64,000 bases of DNA from a bacterium (GCA_028824415.1 JAPPDX010000106.1:52357-116356); one strand, 5' to 3'; shown: positions 46,347 to 55,978, counted from the first letter of the stretch. The notes: generated from the sequence alone by a model not told the origin. Numbers and translations are program-made.

Positions 46347-47819
46347 ATGCCAACCGTGTCCGGCCGTGCCGACTCCGGCTCCGGAAGGATTCTCGTGATC
46401 GACGTCGGGAGCACGAGCGTGCGGACGGCGGTCGTGGACGCCTCCGGGCACCTGCACCACACCCGGCGAGTGCCGACGCCCCGCCACTCGCCGGCCCCGG
46501 GCCTCCTGGAGTTCGATCCGGTCGCCCTCGCCGGCGCCGCCCGGCGGGCCGCGGCTGCCACGCTGGAAGCCGCCGGGAAGGTGGACGCCGTCGGCATCGC
46601 GAACCAGCGCGCCTCGACGGTGGTGTGGGATCGCTCCAGCGGTGACCCCGCCGGCCCTGGCCTCGGCTGGCAGGATCTCCGCACCGCACTCGACTGTCTC
46701 ACCCTTCAGGCTGAAGGGCTGCGCCTGGCACCCAATCAACCCGCCACCAAAGCCGCCCATCTGATCCAGGGAGCCGGCGTCCCGCCCGAGGAGCTGTGCG
46801 TCGGCACGCTCGACTCGTGGCTCATCTGGAATCTGACCGACCGCACCCAGCACGTCACCGACGCCACCAACGCGGCGATCAGCGGACTGTGTCTCGAGGA
46901 CCGCGTCGAGTGGGACCTCTCGGTCACCGGCAGGCTCGGCATCCCCGCCGCCGCCCTGCCCACCATCATCGACAGCAGCGGGCCACTCGTCGAGGCCTCG
47001 GCGCTGCCGGGGGCTCCGCTGATCAGCGGTCTCGCCGGCGATCAGCAGGCGGCGCTCGTGGGAGCGGGATGCGTCCGGCGCGGCGATGTCAAGATCACCT
47101 TCGGCACCGGCGGCACGCTGGACGCCTGCCTTGGACCCGGCGAGCCGCCGGCGGAGGTCCGCGGCCCCAGCGGCACCTTCCCGATCGTGGCCTGGCAGCG
47201 AAGAGGGCAGGTGATCTGGGGCATCGAGGCGATGATGCTCAGTGCCGGCAGTTGCGTGGCCTGGCTCTGCGAACTCGGCCTGCTCGAGAGCCCGGGCGAC
47301 TCCGACGCTGTTGCCGCCGGCTGCGCCGACAGCGGGGGCGTGAGCTTCGTCCCCGCCCAGATGGGACTCGGCACCCCCGACTGGGACTTCGGGGCCCGCA
47401 GCGCCTTCGCCGGTGTCACGACCGCCACGACTCCCGCACAGCTGGTTCGCGCCGTGCTGGAGGGTGTGGCACACCGCGGGGTCGACCTACTCGAAGCGGC
47501 CCGGGCCGACAGTGGGTTGGAGCTCGCCGAGCCGGTCGTGGACGGGGGTATGAGCGCCAATGCCACCTTCACCCAGGCGTTCGCAGACGCCGCCGGCTGC
47601 GCCATCAGCGTGGCCCCGGAGATCGAGTGCACGGCCCTCGGCGCCGGCTACCTGGCCGGCCTGGGGATCGGCGTGTGGGGTGACTGGGACGAGGTGGCCT
47701 CGCTGCGGGCACCGCGGGTGACCGCAGAGCCGCGCCGATCAACGGACCGGGCCGCCTGGCACGAGGCCAAGCGCCGGGCCGCCGGCTGGCACCCCGATCT
47801 CAGCGCGGTCTCCTTCTGA
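46347..47819 (+). CDS. FGGY-family carbohydrate kinase (glycerol-kinase-like)
   Basis: 'ILVIDVGSTSVRTAVVD', 'GIANQRASTVVWD' and 'LGWQDLRT' resemble the GlpK layout. C-terminal FGGY domain 'VDGGMSAN'. Confidence 0.8.
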   Translation: MPTVSGRADSGSGRILVIDVGSTSVRTAVVDASGHLHHTRRVPTPRHSPAPGLLEFDPVALAGAARRAAAATLEAAGKVDAVGIANQRASTVVWDRSSGDPAGPGLGWQDLRTALDCLTLQAEGLRLAPNQPATKAAHLIQGAGVPPEELCVGTLDSWLIWNLTDRTQHVTDATNAAISGLCLEDRVEWDLSVTGRLGIPAAALPTIIDSSGPLVEASALPGAPLISGLAGDQQAALVGAGCVRRGDVKITFGTGGTLDACLGPGEPPAEVRGPSGTFPIVAWQRRGQVIWGIEAMMLSAGSCVAWLCELGLLESPGDSDAVAAGCADSGGVSFVPAQMGLGTPDWDFGARSAFAGVTTATTPAQLVRAVLEGVAHRGVDLLEAARADSGLELAEPVVDGGMSANATFTQAFADAAGCAISVAPEIECTALGAGYLAGLGIGVWGDWDEVASLRAPRVTAEPRRSTDRAAWHEAKRRAAGWHPDLSAVSF

Positions 47820-47901
47820 GGGATTGGCCCTCGCTCGGTTCCCGGGGCCGGAGATCCCCAACGTGCCGGCACCGGGGCGACTCTGGCAGACTGTTGGCGA
47901 C

Positions 47902-48267
<366 letters not shown>

Positions 48268-48268
48268 G

Positions 48269-48754
48269 TCACCGCCGCCGGGACGGGCGGGGCGCTGCGG
48301 CCAGTCGCCCGGCTCGCAGGAACGCCTTCCGGCGAACGGGATCCGTCAACCCGAAACGTCGCCACGACCACCACAGCGCCGCCGCACCGATCAACTCCAT
48401 TGCCACCAGTAGCCAGACCGGCCGCAGACTCGCCGCAGCCACATCGCCGCTTCCCAGCGGCCACCGGAACGTCTCGGTCCGCAGCCAGGCGCCATCCAGC
48501 ACGAGATGGCAGAAAATGCCGATCGGCATGCCCAGCCAGCGGCGCTGCACCAGGCGTCTGCCCCATCCCGCCAGCATGACGACGGTCATGACCGCTATCG
48601 GGAACAGCAGGGAGCCCACGACCCAGAGCCCGTCGACGGCGAGCGCTAGGGAGGGGAACACCGCTCCGGCCAGGACGAAGCGATAATCCAGCCCGCGGCT
48701 GGCGAAGACCGCTGCCACCGCCGGCACCGCCAGCCCGGCGAACCAGAGCAGCAC
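48269..48754 (-). CDS. hypothetical polytopic membrane protein
   Basis: 161 aa with 4-5 TM helices. Has a weak resemblance to YdjM/DUF457-type membrane hydrolases; that is only an impression. Confidence 0.55.
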   Translation of the reverse strand: MLLWFAGLAVPAVAAVFASRGLDYRFVLAGAVFPSLALAVDGLWVVGSLLFPIAVMTVVMLAGWGRRLVQRRWLGMPIGIFCHLVLDGAWLRTETFRWPLGSGDVAAASLRPVWLLVAMELIGAAALWWSWRRFGLTDPVRRKAFLRAGRLAAAPRPSRRR

Positions 48755-48758
48755 CGCT

Positions 48759-49502
48759 TCAGATGACCAGGATGCGCGCGCAGGAGGGGCACGTGGCGCT
48801 GCCCCTGTCGACCTCCCCCGCCGGCGCCTCCCCCACTTCGGGAAGCTTGCGCAGCCGGTCCACTTCCATCAGGGGCAGGGTGAGATAGCAACCCATGCAA
48901 CTCGTCGCCTCGAGGCGCGCCACGGCCACACCACCGATCTGGGTGCGGAGCAGCTCGTACCTCGCCAACAGGTCAGGAGCCACCTCCTCGGCCACCGCGG
49001 CGCGCTCGCCGCGCACTCGCTCGCACTCCCCATCGATCTCCGCGGCCGCGATCGTGAGGCGCTCGGTGGTTGCAGTCATCAGGGTCTCCAGGTCCTCGCG
49101 GCTGCCCACCAGATCCGCCAGGTCCGTGTCGGCGGACTCGAGCTCCTCCATCACCTCGAGCAGCTTGTCCTCGACCACGCGCTGGCGCCGCCCGAGTGCG
49201 GCCACTTCCTCCTCGAGGCCCTGCAACTCCCGGATTGCCGTCACCTCGCCGGAGTAGAGGAGGGTCCGCTCCCGGTCGCGCTTGGCGACGACCGCGCTGA
49301 GGTCGTCGTCGTAGCGCCGCTGGAGTCGCGCCAATTCACTGTGCTGCGCCCGTGCCGTCTCGATACGCCCGTCGAGTTCCCCGGCCCGGTGCTCGAGTTC
49401 GTTCAACTCCTCGCGCTCGGGCAGTTGCGCGTGGCGGTGCTCGAGTTGCGCGATCCGGGTGTCATGTGACTGGAGTTCGAGGAGGCGTTCCAGGGGGTTC
49501 AC
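48759..49502 (-). CDS. coiled-coil protein with C-terminal zinc ribbon (COG1579/DUF164-like)
   Basis: ORF 48759..49583. GTG 49502 gives 'VNPLERLLELQSHDTRIAQLEHR', then a long coiled coil and 'CMGCYLTLP...CPSCARILV'. Confidence 0.75.
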   Translation of the reverse strand: MNPLERLLELQSHDTRIAQLEHRHAQLPEREELNELEHRAGELDGRIETARAQHSELARLQRRYDDDLSAVVAKRDRERTLLYSGEVTAIRELQGLEEEVAALGRRQRVVEDKLLEVMEELESADTDLADLVGSREDLETLMTATTERLTIAAAEIDGECERVRGERAAVAEEVAPDLLARYELLRTQIGGVAVARLEATSCMGCYLTLPLMEVDRLRKLPEVGEAPAGEVDRGSATCPSCARILVI

Positions 49503-49982
49503 GTCTCGTCGCTCGGTTCTCGGCTGTGCTCTGGCATTACCGCGTGAGACCCTAAACGACACCGGCCGGACCGCCAAGATCACACCGGGCGGCCGGATGA
49601 CCTCCGGACAGACCGGGCCCGGAACGGACGACGCCCCGCCGAGGGGGGACTTCGACGGGGCGTCCGGTCACCGCCGCGGCAGGGGGGATGCCCGGGGTGA
49701 AATGCGATGCCGCTGGCGCGGCAATCCGTGACGGCAGGCTAATGGGACGCCGCCGCGCCACTGCCGCCAGCGCTGTGACATCGGCCACAGCAGGCGGATC
49801 GGCCGTGGCCGGGAAACCCGCGGCGCCTCCCCGATTCGCCGGACGGACCCCGAGGGGTATACACTTGACGCCGCGACCAAGTCGTCCTTCGGAGGGGATG
49901 GCGGGTCTGGAAAGAATCTCGCTGATCCCGGCTGCTCCAACAGTCCCAGGCCCGCCCCCTCCACTCCCCTCAGGGAGTCCCG

Positions 49983-50057
49983 TGGGCGCTGGCGGACTCG
50001 AACCGCCGACCTCTTCCTTGTAAGGGAAGTGCTCTGAACCAACTGAGCTAAGCGCCC
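49983..50057 (-). tRNA. tRNA-Val (anticodon TAC)
   Basis: Hand-folded cloverleaf: acceptor GGGCGCT/AGCGCCC, D stem GCTC/GAGC, anticodon stem CTTCC/GGAAG with loop CTTACAA, T arm GGCGG-TTCGAGT-CCGCC. No encoded CCA. Confidence 0.95.
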
Positions 50058-50068
50058 GGCATCGCAGA

Positions 50069-50812
50069 CTACCCATCGCACGCCGCGCGCAGGTCGGCCA
50101 GCAGCGTCTCGGTGGCGGCCGCCAGCAGGCTCCGGCGCGCTCGGGGATCGGTGGTCGTGAGCTCGCTGCCCGCGGCGTCGACGACGCATGCGCCGGCCTC
50201 CTCGCACACGAGCGCTCCCCCCAGGTAGTCCCAGGGTCCGTGGGAGTGGCAGTCCACGAAACCGTCGAGTCGCCCATCTGCCACCGAGCACAGATCCAGC
50301 GCGGCCGCTCCGAGCGCCCGGTACTGGCGCCAGCGCAGGTGCCGGGGCGGGTAACCGGACAAACCGATCACCGCGTCGGCCAGGCTGGTCACCGCCGACG
50401 GCCGGATCGGTCGCCCGTCCCGGTAAGCCCCGCCGCCACGGACCGCGCTGTAGTGCTCACCTGAGACCAGGTTGACCACCAGCGCGGCGAGCGCTCCACC
50501 GTCGTCCACCGCACACAGGCTCGTGGCATACCAGGGGATGCCCTGCGCCGCATTCGTGGAGCCGTCGAGGGGGTCGAGGACCACGATCACGGGGCGATCC
50601 TGCCCCTGTAATCCGGACTCCTCGCTGCAGACCCCCAATCCGGCGTCCAGCAGCGCTCGGCTCGCCACCTCGTCGGCGACGATGTCGGAGCGATGCTGAC
50701 CAGGTCGGGTCCCCGCCAAACCCCAGTCCTCGAGCGACCCCAGGGCAACCGCCACGGAGCGGGCGGTCTCCTCGAAAATCGACAGCAGATCCTCCGGCGC
50801 GATGGGTGCCAC
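50069..50812 (-). CDS. inositol monophosphatase-family phosphatase
   Basis: ORF 50069..50938. GTG 50812 preferred. 'VVLDPLDGSTNAAQG' and 'WDYLGGALVCEEAG' motifs. Confidence 0.8.
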   Translation of the reverse strand: MAPIAPEDLLSIFEETARSVAVALGSLEDWGLAGTRPGQHRSDIVADEVASRALLDAGLGVCSEESGLQGQDRPVIVVLDPLDGSTNAAQGIPWYATSLCAVDDGGALAALVVNLVSGEHYSAVRGGGAYRDGRPIRPSAVTSLADAVIGLSGYPPRHLRWRQYRALGAAALDLCSVADGRLDGFVDCHSHGPWDYLGGALVCEEAGACVVDAAGSELTTTDPRARRSLLAAATETLLADLRAACDG

Positions 50813-50879
50813 GCTAGGTCGACTCCCGGCACTCGCCTCAGCAGCACCGACCGCTAGGGTGGGCGCGCCCCGAACGCCC

Positions 50880-51470
50880 GTGATCCCCCACGCCGAGGAG
50901 CGTCCATTGTCCATCGTCGACTTTCCCGGGTTCGTCACCGATCTGAAGTTCCATGCGGCCGACGGGGGATTCCACTACCACGAGGATCACCACTGCATCG
51001 ACATCACCACCGGCCGTCAGTGGTGGGAGATCCAACTCCACCCGGACTACGACTGCGACGGGCCCCTGGAGTTGCACATCGTCGTCGACCTGGATCCGCG
51101 GGTGCAGATCGCCTTCGAAGACGAGGTGAACAAGTTGCCCGAGGACGCCGACTGGCCTGAGGAGGGGTTCGACCTGCTGCTTCGTTTCCACTGGCGGCTG
51201 CCACCGCTGCCGAACAGTCCCAACCTGCTGGAGTTGGCGACTGAACTCTCCGCCATCGGCGGCACTGCCCTGCCCCTGCATGTCTGGGCGGCGGACACCA
51301 TCGCGACGGTCACCGACGACGTCGCCAGGACCGTGCACGTGGAGTCGGAGCAGACGATCCCGCTGGCCCATCTGGTCGGCGAGCACGACTTCCTCGACGA
51401 GACTTTCGGCCTCATCGGGAGCGTGACCCGGTACCTGCACGACCGCGCGCCCGCCTGGCTGGGCGAGTGA
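50880..51470 (+). CDS. hypothetical acidic, His-rich protein
   Basis: In frame with ORF 50802..51470. GTG 50880 is possible. Natural-looking composition ('FHYHEDHHCIDITTGRQWWEIQLHPDYDCDGPLELHIVVD'). No family recognised. Confidence 0.55.
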   Translation: MIPHAEERPLSIVDFPGFVTDLKFHAADGGFHYHEDHHCIDITTGRQWWEIQLHPDYDCDGPLELHIVVDLDPRVQIAFEDEVNKLPEDADWPEEGFDLLLRFHWRLPPLPNSPNLLELATELSAIGGTALPLHVWAADTIATVTDDVARTVHVESEQTIPLAHLVGEHDFLDETFGLIGSVTRYLHDRAPAWLGE

Positions 51471-51514
51471 TCCTGCCCGGAGGGGTCGGGTCGGCTATCC
51501 CTGAACCTCCGCCG

Positions 51515-51587
51515 GTGGGCTCGGTGGGGATCGAACCCACGACCAAACGATTATGAGTCGTCTGCTCTGACCACTGAGCTACGAGCC
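51515..51587 (-). tRNA. tRNA with CAT anticodon (elongator Met, or Ile2 if lysidinylated)
   Basis: Acceptor GGGCTCG/CGAGCCC, D stem GCTC/GAGC, anticodon stem GACGA/TCGTT with loop CTCATAA, T arm GTGGG-TTCGATC-CCCAC. Lacks the three G-C pairs of an initiator tRNA. Confidence 0.9.
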
Positions 51588-51662
51588 CGGCAAGAACTTA
51601 GCTCCCGGGTGGCTTGGCCCCCGGGGGTGCCATGCCGCGTGAACGAGCGGCGAGGTCGCAAG

Positions 51663-51735
51663 CTCCGGGGGTGGGGCTCGAACCCACGACAAACGGCTTA
51701 ACAGGCCGGCGCTCTGCCAACTGAGCTACCCCGGA
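51663..51735 (-). tRNA. tRNA-Asn (anticodon GTT)
   Basis: Acceptor TCCGGGG/CCCCGGA, D stem GCTC/GAGC, anticodon loop CTGTTAA, T arm GTGGG-TTCGAGC-CCCAC. Confidence 0.9.
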
Positions 51736-51756
51736 TCGCGTCCTTACGATATCAAC

Positions 51757-52683
51757 TCAGAATTCCCGCATGAGTTCCCGGAGTTCCTCTCCCAGACCGC
51801 TGCGGCGCAGCCGCGACAGGGTCCGCGTCTCGATCAGGCGGAGTCGTTCCTTGGTGACGCCGAACTGGCCGCTCAGTTCGGCCAGCGTCCGGATACGGCC
51901 GTCGACCAGCCCGAAGCGCAGGCGCAGCAGACGCCGGACACGCTCATCCTCCACCGCTGCGAGCGCCTCTTCGGCCGCCTCGCGCAATGCGACGCTGTGG
52001 AGCCGCCCGATCACCACATCGTCGGGGCCGGAATCCAGCCCGTCCGAAAGCATCTCCCCCAGCGACGTGTCCTCGCCGACCGGCGACTCCAGCGAGACGG
52101 GCGAGGCGCGCAGCTCGCGCACCTTAGCCACCTGATCCTCGGGGATCCCGCAAAGCCGAGACAGTTCGGCGACCGTCGGTGGACGGTGGTGCTCCTGCTC
52201 GAACTCCCGCTCCGCCCTGTAGATCTGCGTCGCCGCGGCCGACAGGTGCGAGGGCAGCCGCACGACCCCTCCCTGGTTCTTGATGGCGCTGAGCATGGCG
52301 CTGCGGATCCACGACCCCGCGTAGGTCGAGAATCGCCAACCCTTCTCCGGTCGGAATCTCGTCGCCGCCGCCATGAGACCGACGTTGCCCTCCTGGACGA
52401 GATCGGCGAACGGAACGCCCCGCCCCTGGTAGCCCCTGGCGAGATACACGACGAGGCGCAGATTCGCCTCGGTGAGGCGGCCCCGAGCCCTCTCGCCCTC
52501 CCGAACCCGGCGCAGCAGATCCCTGGCACGCTCCCCGCCGGGCTCGACGTCGGTGTCCTCGTCGAGGCTCGCCTTCGCCGCCAGCCCGGCCTGCACCTTC
52601 CGCCCCAGTTCACACTCCTCCTCCGCACTCAGCGGCGCCACACGTCCGATGCCGCTGAGGTAGGTCGTGAACCCCTCGGTCAT
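51757..52683 (-). CDS. sigma-70-family RNA polymerase sigma factor (regions 1.2-4.2, divergent region 2.3/2.4)
   Basis: ORF 51757..52782. ATG 52683 overlaps the dnaG stop (ATGA). 'YLSGIGRVAPLSAEEE', 'EANLRLVVYLARGY', 'DLVQEGNVGLMAA', 'FSTYAGSWIRSAM' and 'TLAELSGQFGVTKERLRLIETRTLSRLR'. Confidence 0.9.
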   Translation of the reverse strand: MTEGFTTYLSGIGRVAPLSAEEECELGRKVQAGLAAKASLDEDTDVEPGGERARDLLRRVREGERARGRLTEANLRLVVYLARGYQGRGVPFADLVQEGNVGLMAAATRFRPEKGWRFSTYAGSWIRSAMLSAIKNQGGVVRLPSHLSAAATQIYRAEREFEQEHHRPPTVAELSRLCGIPEDQVAKVRELRASPVSLESPVGEDTSLGEMLSDGLDSGPDDVVIGRLHSVALREAAEEALAAVEDERVRRLLRLRFGLVDGRIRTLAELSGQFGVTKERLRLIETRTLSRLRRSGLGEELRELMREF

Positions 52684-54467
52684 CGCCGGGCACCCTCCGG
52701 TGCAGGCAACTCCTCGTCGAGCAGGAGAGCCAGCCGCTCGGCCGCCGCCGGCAGCCAGTTCTCGGCGCGCAACTCGGCGCACACCAGTTGCACCTCACCA
52801 AGATGTCGGCCGAGCCCCGCGTCACCGGACGTTCGGGCCACCCGCGTGACTTCGTCGATCCAGCGGGAGGCCGCGTCGAAGACGAAGCGTCCGACCACCT
52901 GGGCTGCATGCTCGGGGGGTTCCCAGACCGAGAGCCGCGCCATCACCGCGGCGGCCTCACCTTCGGCGACCTCGGTCAACTGCACCAGGGGCGTGCCGTC
53001 CACCAGCAACTTGAAGATCCTCCCGTGAAGCTCGGAGGAGAACTGCCGTGACGAGATCCAAGCCGGCAACTCGCCGGGAGCGTGCATGCGCAACAACAGG
53101 ATCTGCTCCTCGATGCTCGGCTCCGACGGCCCTGAGGCGGACCCCTCGGGCACCCCCCGCGAGACGCCCTGGCGGGGACGCAAGCGCGCCACCTCGTCGC
53201 GGAGGCGGTCCGGGGGCAGGCGGCACCGGTCCGCCACGTCCATCAGGTACTGGTCCCGCACGATCGGGCTGGGATGCTCGTCGATCACCGTCAGGGCCGC
53301 GTCGGCCGCGCGCACCCTGCCCTCGGTCGTGTCCATGTTTCCCCGCCCGAGCGCCCGCTGGATCCGGTAGGCCAGGAAGGGCCGTGCCTCCGACACCCGC
53401 TCCCCCAGATCGTGAGGGTCCCGGCGGGCCAGGTCGTCGGGGTCGGTTCCCGGCGGCAGGTCGGCCACGTACACGTCGAGTTGGTGGGCGCTCTCCCACT
53501 GGTAGATCCGTTCGGCCGCGGCGGAGCCTGCCGCGTCCGCGTCGAAGGCCAGCACGATCCGGTCGCAGAAGCGCCGCATCGTCTTGACGTGGTCCTCGGT
53601 GAGCGCGGTGCCGCATGTGGCGACCGCCTGCGGGAGCCCGGCGGCGTGCAGTCCGATCACGTCGGTGTAGCCCTCGCAGACGATCACCTCACCGGCGCGC
53701 ACCATGGCGTCCTTGGCCCAGTTGAGCCCGTAGAGCAGGCGGCTCTTGGCGTACAGCGGGGACTCGGGGGTGTTCTTGTACTTGGGCCCCGCCCGCTCGC
53801 CGGAGCCGGGCAGGATCCGGCCGCCGAAACCCACCGGGTCGCCGCGCACGTCGAAGACCGGGAACAGCACCCGGCTACGGAAGTTGTCGATGAGCCCACC
53901 GCGGGAACTCACCACCGCCAGACCGGTCTCGGTGAGGTCCTCCGCCGGAGCCACCGAGCGGAGCCCCGCGCAGAGCTCGTCCCACCCCGCCGGTGCCCAG
54001 CCCACCTTGAACGCCCGAACCTCGTCGCCGGTCAGGCCGCGGGATCGCAGGTAACCGCGCGCCGCCCCGGCGTCGGGATGCTGCAGCAGCCGCTCGTGAT
54101 ACCACTCCACAGCCGCGGCCACCACCTCGGTCAGCTTCCTGCGCCGGCCGTGCTGCGCCGCCTCCCCCTTGCTGTCGTAGCGCAGCGTGATGCCGGCGCG
54201 GGAGGCAAGGAGCTCAACGCTGGCCGCGAAGTCGAGCCCCTCGGTCTGGCGCACGAACGTGATGGCGTCGCCCGAGGCACGGCACCCGAAGCAGTAGTAG
54301 AGCCCTTCCTCGGCGTTCACCGAGAACGAGGGGGTTTTCTCGGAGTGGAAGGGGCAGAGCCCCTGCCAGCGGCGCCCGGCCTTGCGCAGCGCCACCGTGT
54401 TGCTGATCAGTTGAACGATGTCCGTCGCCTCGCGGACACGGGCCACATCCTCGGCCAGAATGCCCAT
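52680..54467 (-). CDS. dnaG: DNA primase
   Basis: C-terminal 595 codons of ORF 52680..55271. ATG 54467 is preceded by GGAGG. Zinc finger 'CPFHSEKTPSFSV...YYCFGCRASGD'. TOPRIM 'VIVCEGYTDVI' and 'LAFDADAAG'. Confidence 0.95.
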   Translation of the reverse strand: MGILAEDVARVREATDIVQLISNTVALRKAGRRWQGLCPFHSEKTPSFSVNAEEGLYYCFGCRASGDAITFVRQTEGLDFAASVELLASRAGITLRYDSKGEAAQHGRRRKLTEVVAAAVEWYHERLLQHPDAGAARGYLRSRGLTGDEVRAFKVGWAPAGWDELCAGLRSVAPAEDLTETGLAVVSSRGGLIDNFRSRVLFPVFDVRGDPVGFGGRILPGSGERAGPKYKNTPESPLYAKSRLLYGLNWAKDAMVRAGEVIVCEGYTDVIGLHAAGLPQAVATCGTALTEDHVKTMRRFCDRIVLAFDADAAGSAAAERIYQWESAHQLDVYVADLPPGTDPDDLARRDPHDLGERVSEARPFLAYRIQRALGRGNMDTTEGRVRAADAALTVIDEHPSPIVRDQYLMDVADRCRLPPDRLRDEVARLRPRQGVSRGVPEGSASGPSEPSIEEQILLLRMHAPGELPAWISSRQFSSELHGRIFKLLVDGTPLVQLTEVAEGEAAAVMARLSVWEPPEHAAQVVGRFVFDAASRWIDEVTRVARTSGDAGLGRHLGEVQLVCAELRAENWLPAAAERLALLLDEELPAPEGARR

Positions 54468-54604
54468 GATCAGCCTCCGCCGGGGCCCCGCCCTGCACCG
54501 ACAGCGGCCGGCAAGGGGCGGGACAGGGTCATGGTGGCAAGTTACCAGCCGCCATTTTCCCGGGGGAAGGGACGCCGCGCGGCTGCCCCGGGCCGCACCG
54601 GGGC

Positions 54605-55978
54605 TCAGCGGGCAAGCCGTTCGTGCAGGTATCCCACCAGGTCGGCTATCGCCAGGCGGTCCTGCGCCATCGAGTCCCGATCGCGCACGGTCACTGCCTC
54701 GTCCTGCAGCGTTTCGAAGTCCACCGTGACGCAGTATGGGGTGCCCAACTCGTCCTGGCGACGGTAGCGGCGGCCGATGGACTGCGTCACGTCGAAGTCC
54801 ACCATCCAGTGAGGCGTGAGGCGCCCCAGGATCTCTCGCGCCCGTGCGACGAGGTGCTCCTTGCGCGACAGCGGCAGCACCGCCACCTGGTAGGGGGCGA
54901 GACGGTGATGCAGGCGGAGCACGGTCCGGGTCTCGCCGCGCACCTCCTCGCTGTCGTAGGCCGCCAGCAGGAAGGCCATCAGAGCCCTGGTCGCCCCTGC
55001 CGCAGGCTCGATCACGTGCGGTACGTAACGCTCGCCAGAGGCCGGATCGGAATACTCGAGCGTCTGGCCGGAGTGCTCGGCATGGCGTCGGAGGTCGTAG
55101 TCGGTCCGGTTCGCCACGCCCTCCAACTCTCCCCAGCCCCAGGGGTAGCGGAACTCCACGTCGGAAGTTGCGTTGGAGTAGTGGCTGCGCTCGTCGGGAC
55201 CGTGCTCGCGCAGCCGCAGCAGGTGCGGAGGAATCCCCAGGTCCACGTACCAGCCAAGTCGCTCGGCGCACCAGTACTCGTACCAGCGGGAGGCCTCGTC
55301 GGGAGGCACGAAGAACTCCAACTCCATCTGCTCGAACTCCCGCGTGCGGAAGATGAAGTTGCCGGGGGTGATCTCATTGCGGAACGACTTGCCGATCTGG
55401 GCGATGCCGAACGGGGGCCGCAAGCGGCAGGCCCGCTGAACGTTGGCGAAGTTGACGAACATCCCCTGGGCTGTCTCCGGCCGCAGGTAGACCTCCGCGC
55501 CCGTCTCGACGACCGGCCCGGCGTGGGTACGGAACATGAGATTGAACTGGCGGGGCTCGCTGAAGCTCCCCGTCGCCCCGCAGTTGGGGCAGCGCTCCGG
55601 ATCTTCGAGTTGGTCCTCCCGGTACCGGTGTCCACACACCCGGCACTCCACCAACGGGTCTGTGAAGCTCTCCAGGTGGCCCGAGGCCTCCCAGACGGCC
55701 GGCGGCGAGAGGATGGCGGCGTCGATGCCCACCACGTCGGGTCGCATCTGCACGACCGAACGCCACCAGGCCTCCTTGACGTTGCGCAGCATCAGCACAC
55801 CGACCGGTCCGTAGTCGTAGGTGGACCGGAATCCGCCATAGATCTCCGCCGACTGGAATACGAAGCCCCGCCGCTTGCACAGGTTCACCACGGCGTCGAG
55901 GCGTTCGCCGTCCGGATCGGCGGCGACCTCGACTGCCGGTGTACCCGCGGACGGCCCGGAGGAGGCTGTCTCAACCAC
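54605..55978 (-). CDS. glyQS: glycine--tRNA ligase (homodimeric class II type)
   Basis: 'RRGFVFQSAEIYGG', 'YLRPETAQGMFVNF', 'QIGKSFRNEITP' and 'EPAAGATR' motifs. Confidence 0.95.
   Translation of the reverse strand: MVETASSGPSAGTPAVEVAADPDGERLDAVVNLCKRRGFVFQSAEIYGGFRSTYDYGPVGVLMLRNVKEAWWRSVVQMRPDVVGIDAAILSPPAVWEASGHLESFTDPLVECRVCGHRYREDQLEDPERCPNCGATGSFSEPRQFNLMFRTHAGPVVETGAEVYLRPETAQGMFVNFANVQRACRLRPPFGIAQIGKSFRNEITPGNFIFRTREFEQMELEFFVPPDEASRWYEYWCAERLGWYVDLGIPPHLLRLREHGPDERSHYSNATSDVEFRYPWGWGELEGVANRTDYDLRRHAEHSGQTLEYSDPASGERYVPHVIEPAAGATRALMAFLLAAYDSEEVRGETRTVLRLHHRLAPYQVAVLPLSRKEHLVARAREILGRLTPHWMVDFDVTQSIGRRYRRQDELGTPYCVTVDFETLQDEAVTVRDRDSMAQDRLAIADLVGYLHERLAR

Noticed and set aside
40304-47474. 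Long antisense/out-of-frame ORFs 40304..41815 (+), 44962..46398 (+), 46092..47474 (-) and 42105..43205 (+)
   Set aside because: They are antisense to queG, trpD, the FGGY kinase and the fusion gene respectively. Their Arg/Gly/Pro-dominated translations carry no motifs.
49690-49770. Cobalamin-riboswitch-like fragments on the plus strand (ggtgaaat ... gccactgcc)
   Set aside because: Only two short fragments resemble the B12 element and the rest of the consensus is not visible. No plus-strand gene lies downstream; the next features are minus-strand tRNA-Val and an IMPase gene.
49983-51735. tRNA cluster as an integration site of a mobile element or prophage
   Set aside because: No integrase, transposase, att-like direct repeat of a tRNA 3' end, or phage gene is visible. 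The only excisionase-family HTH gene (63576..63842) is 12 kb away, in the phoH neighbourhood.
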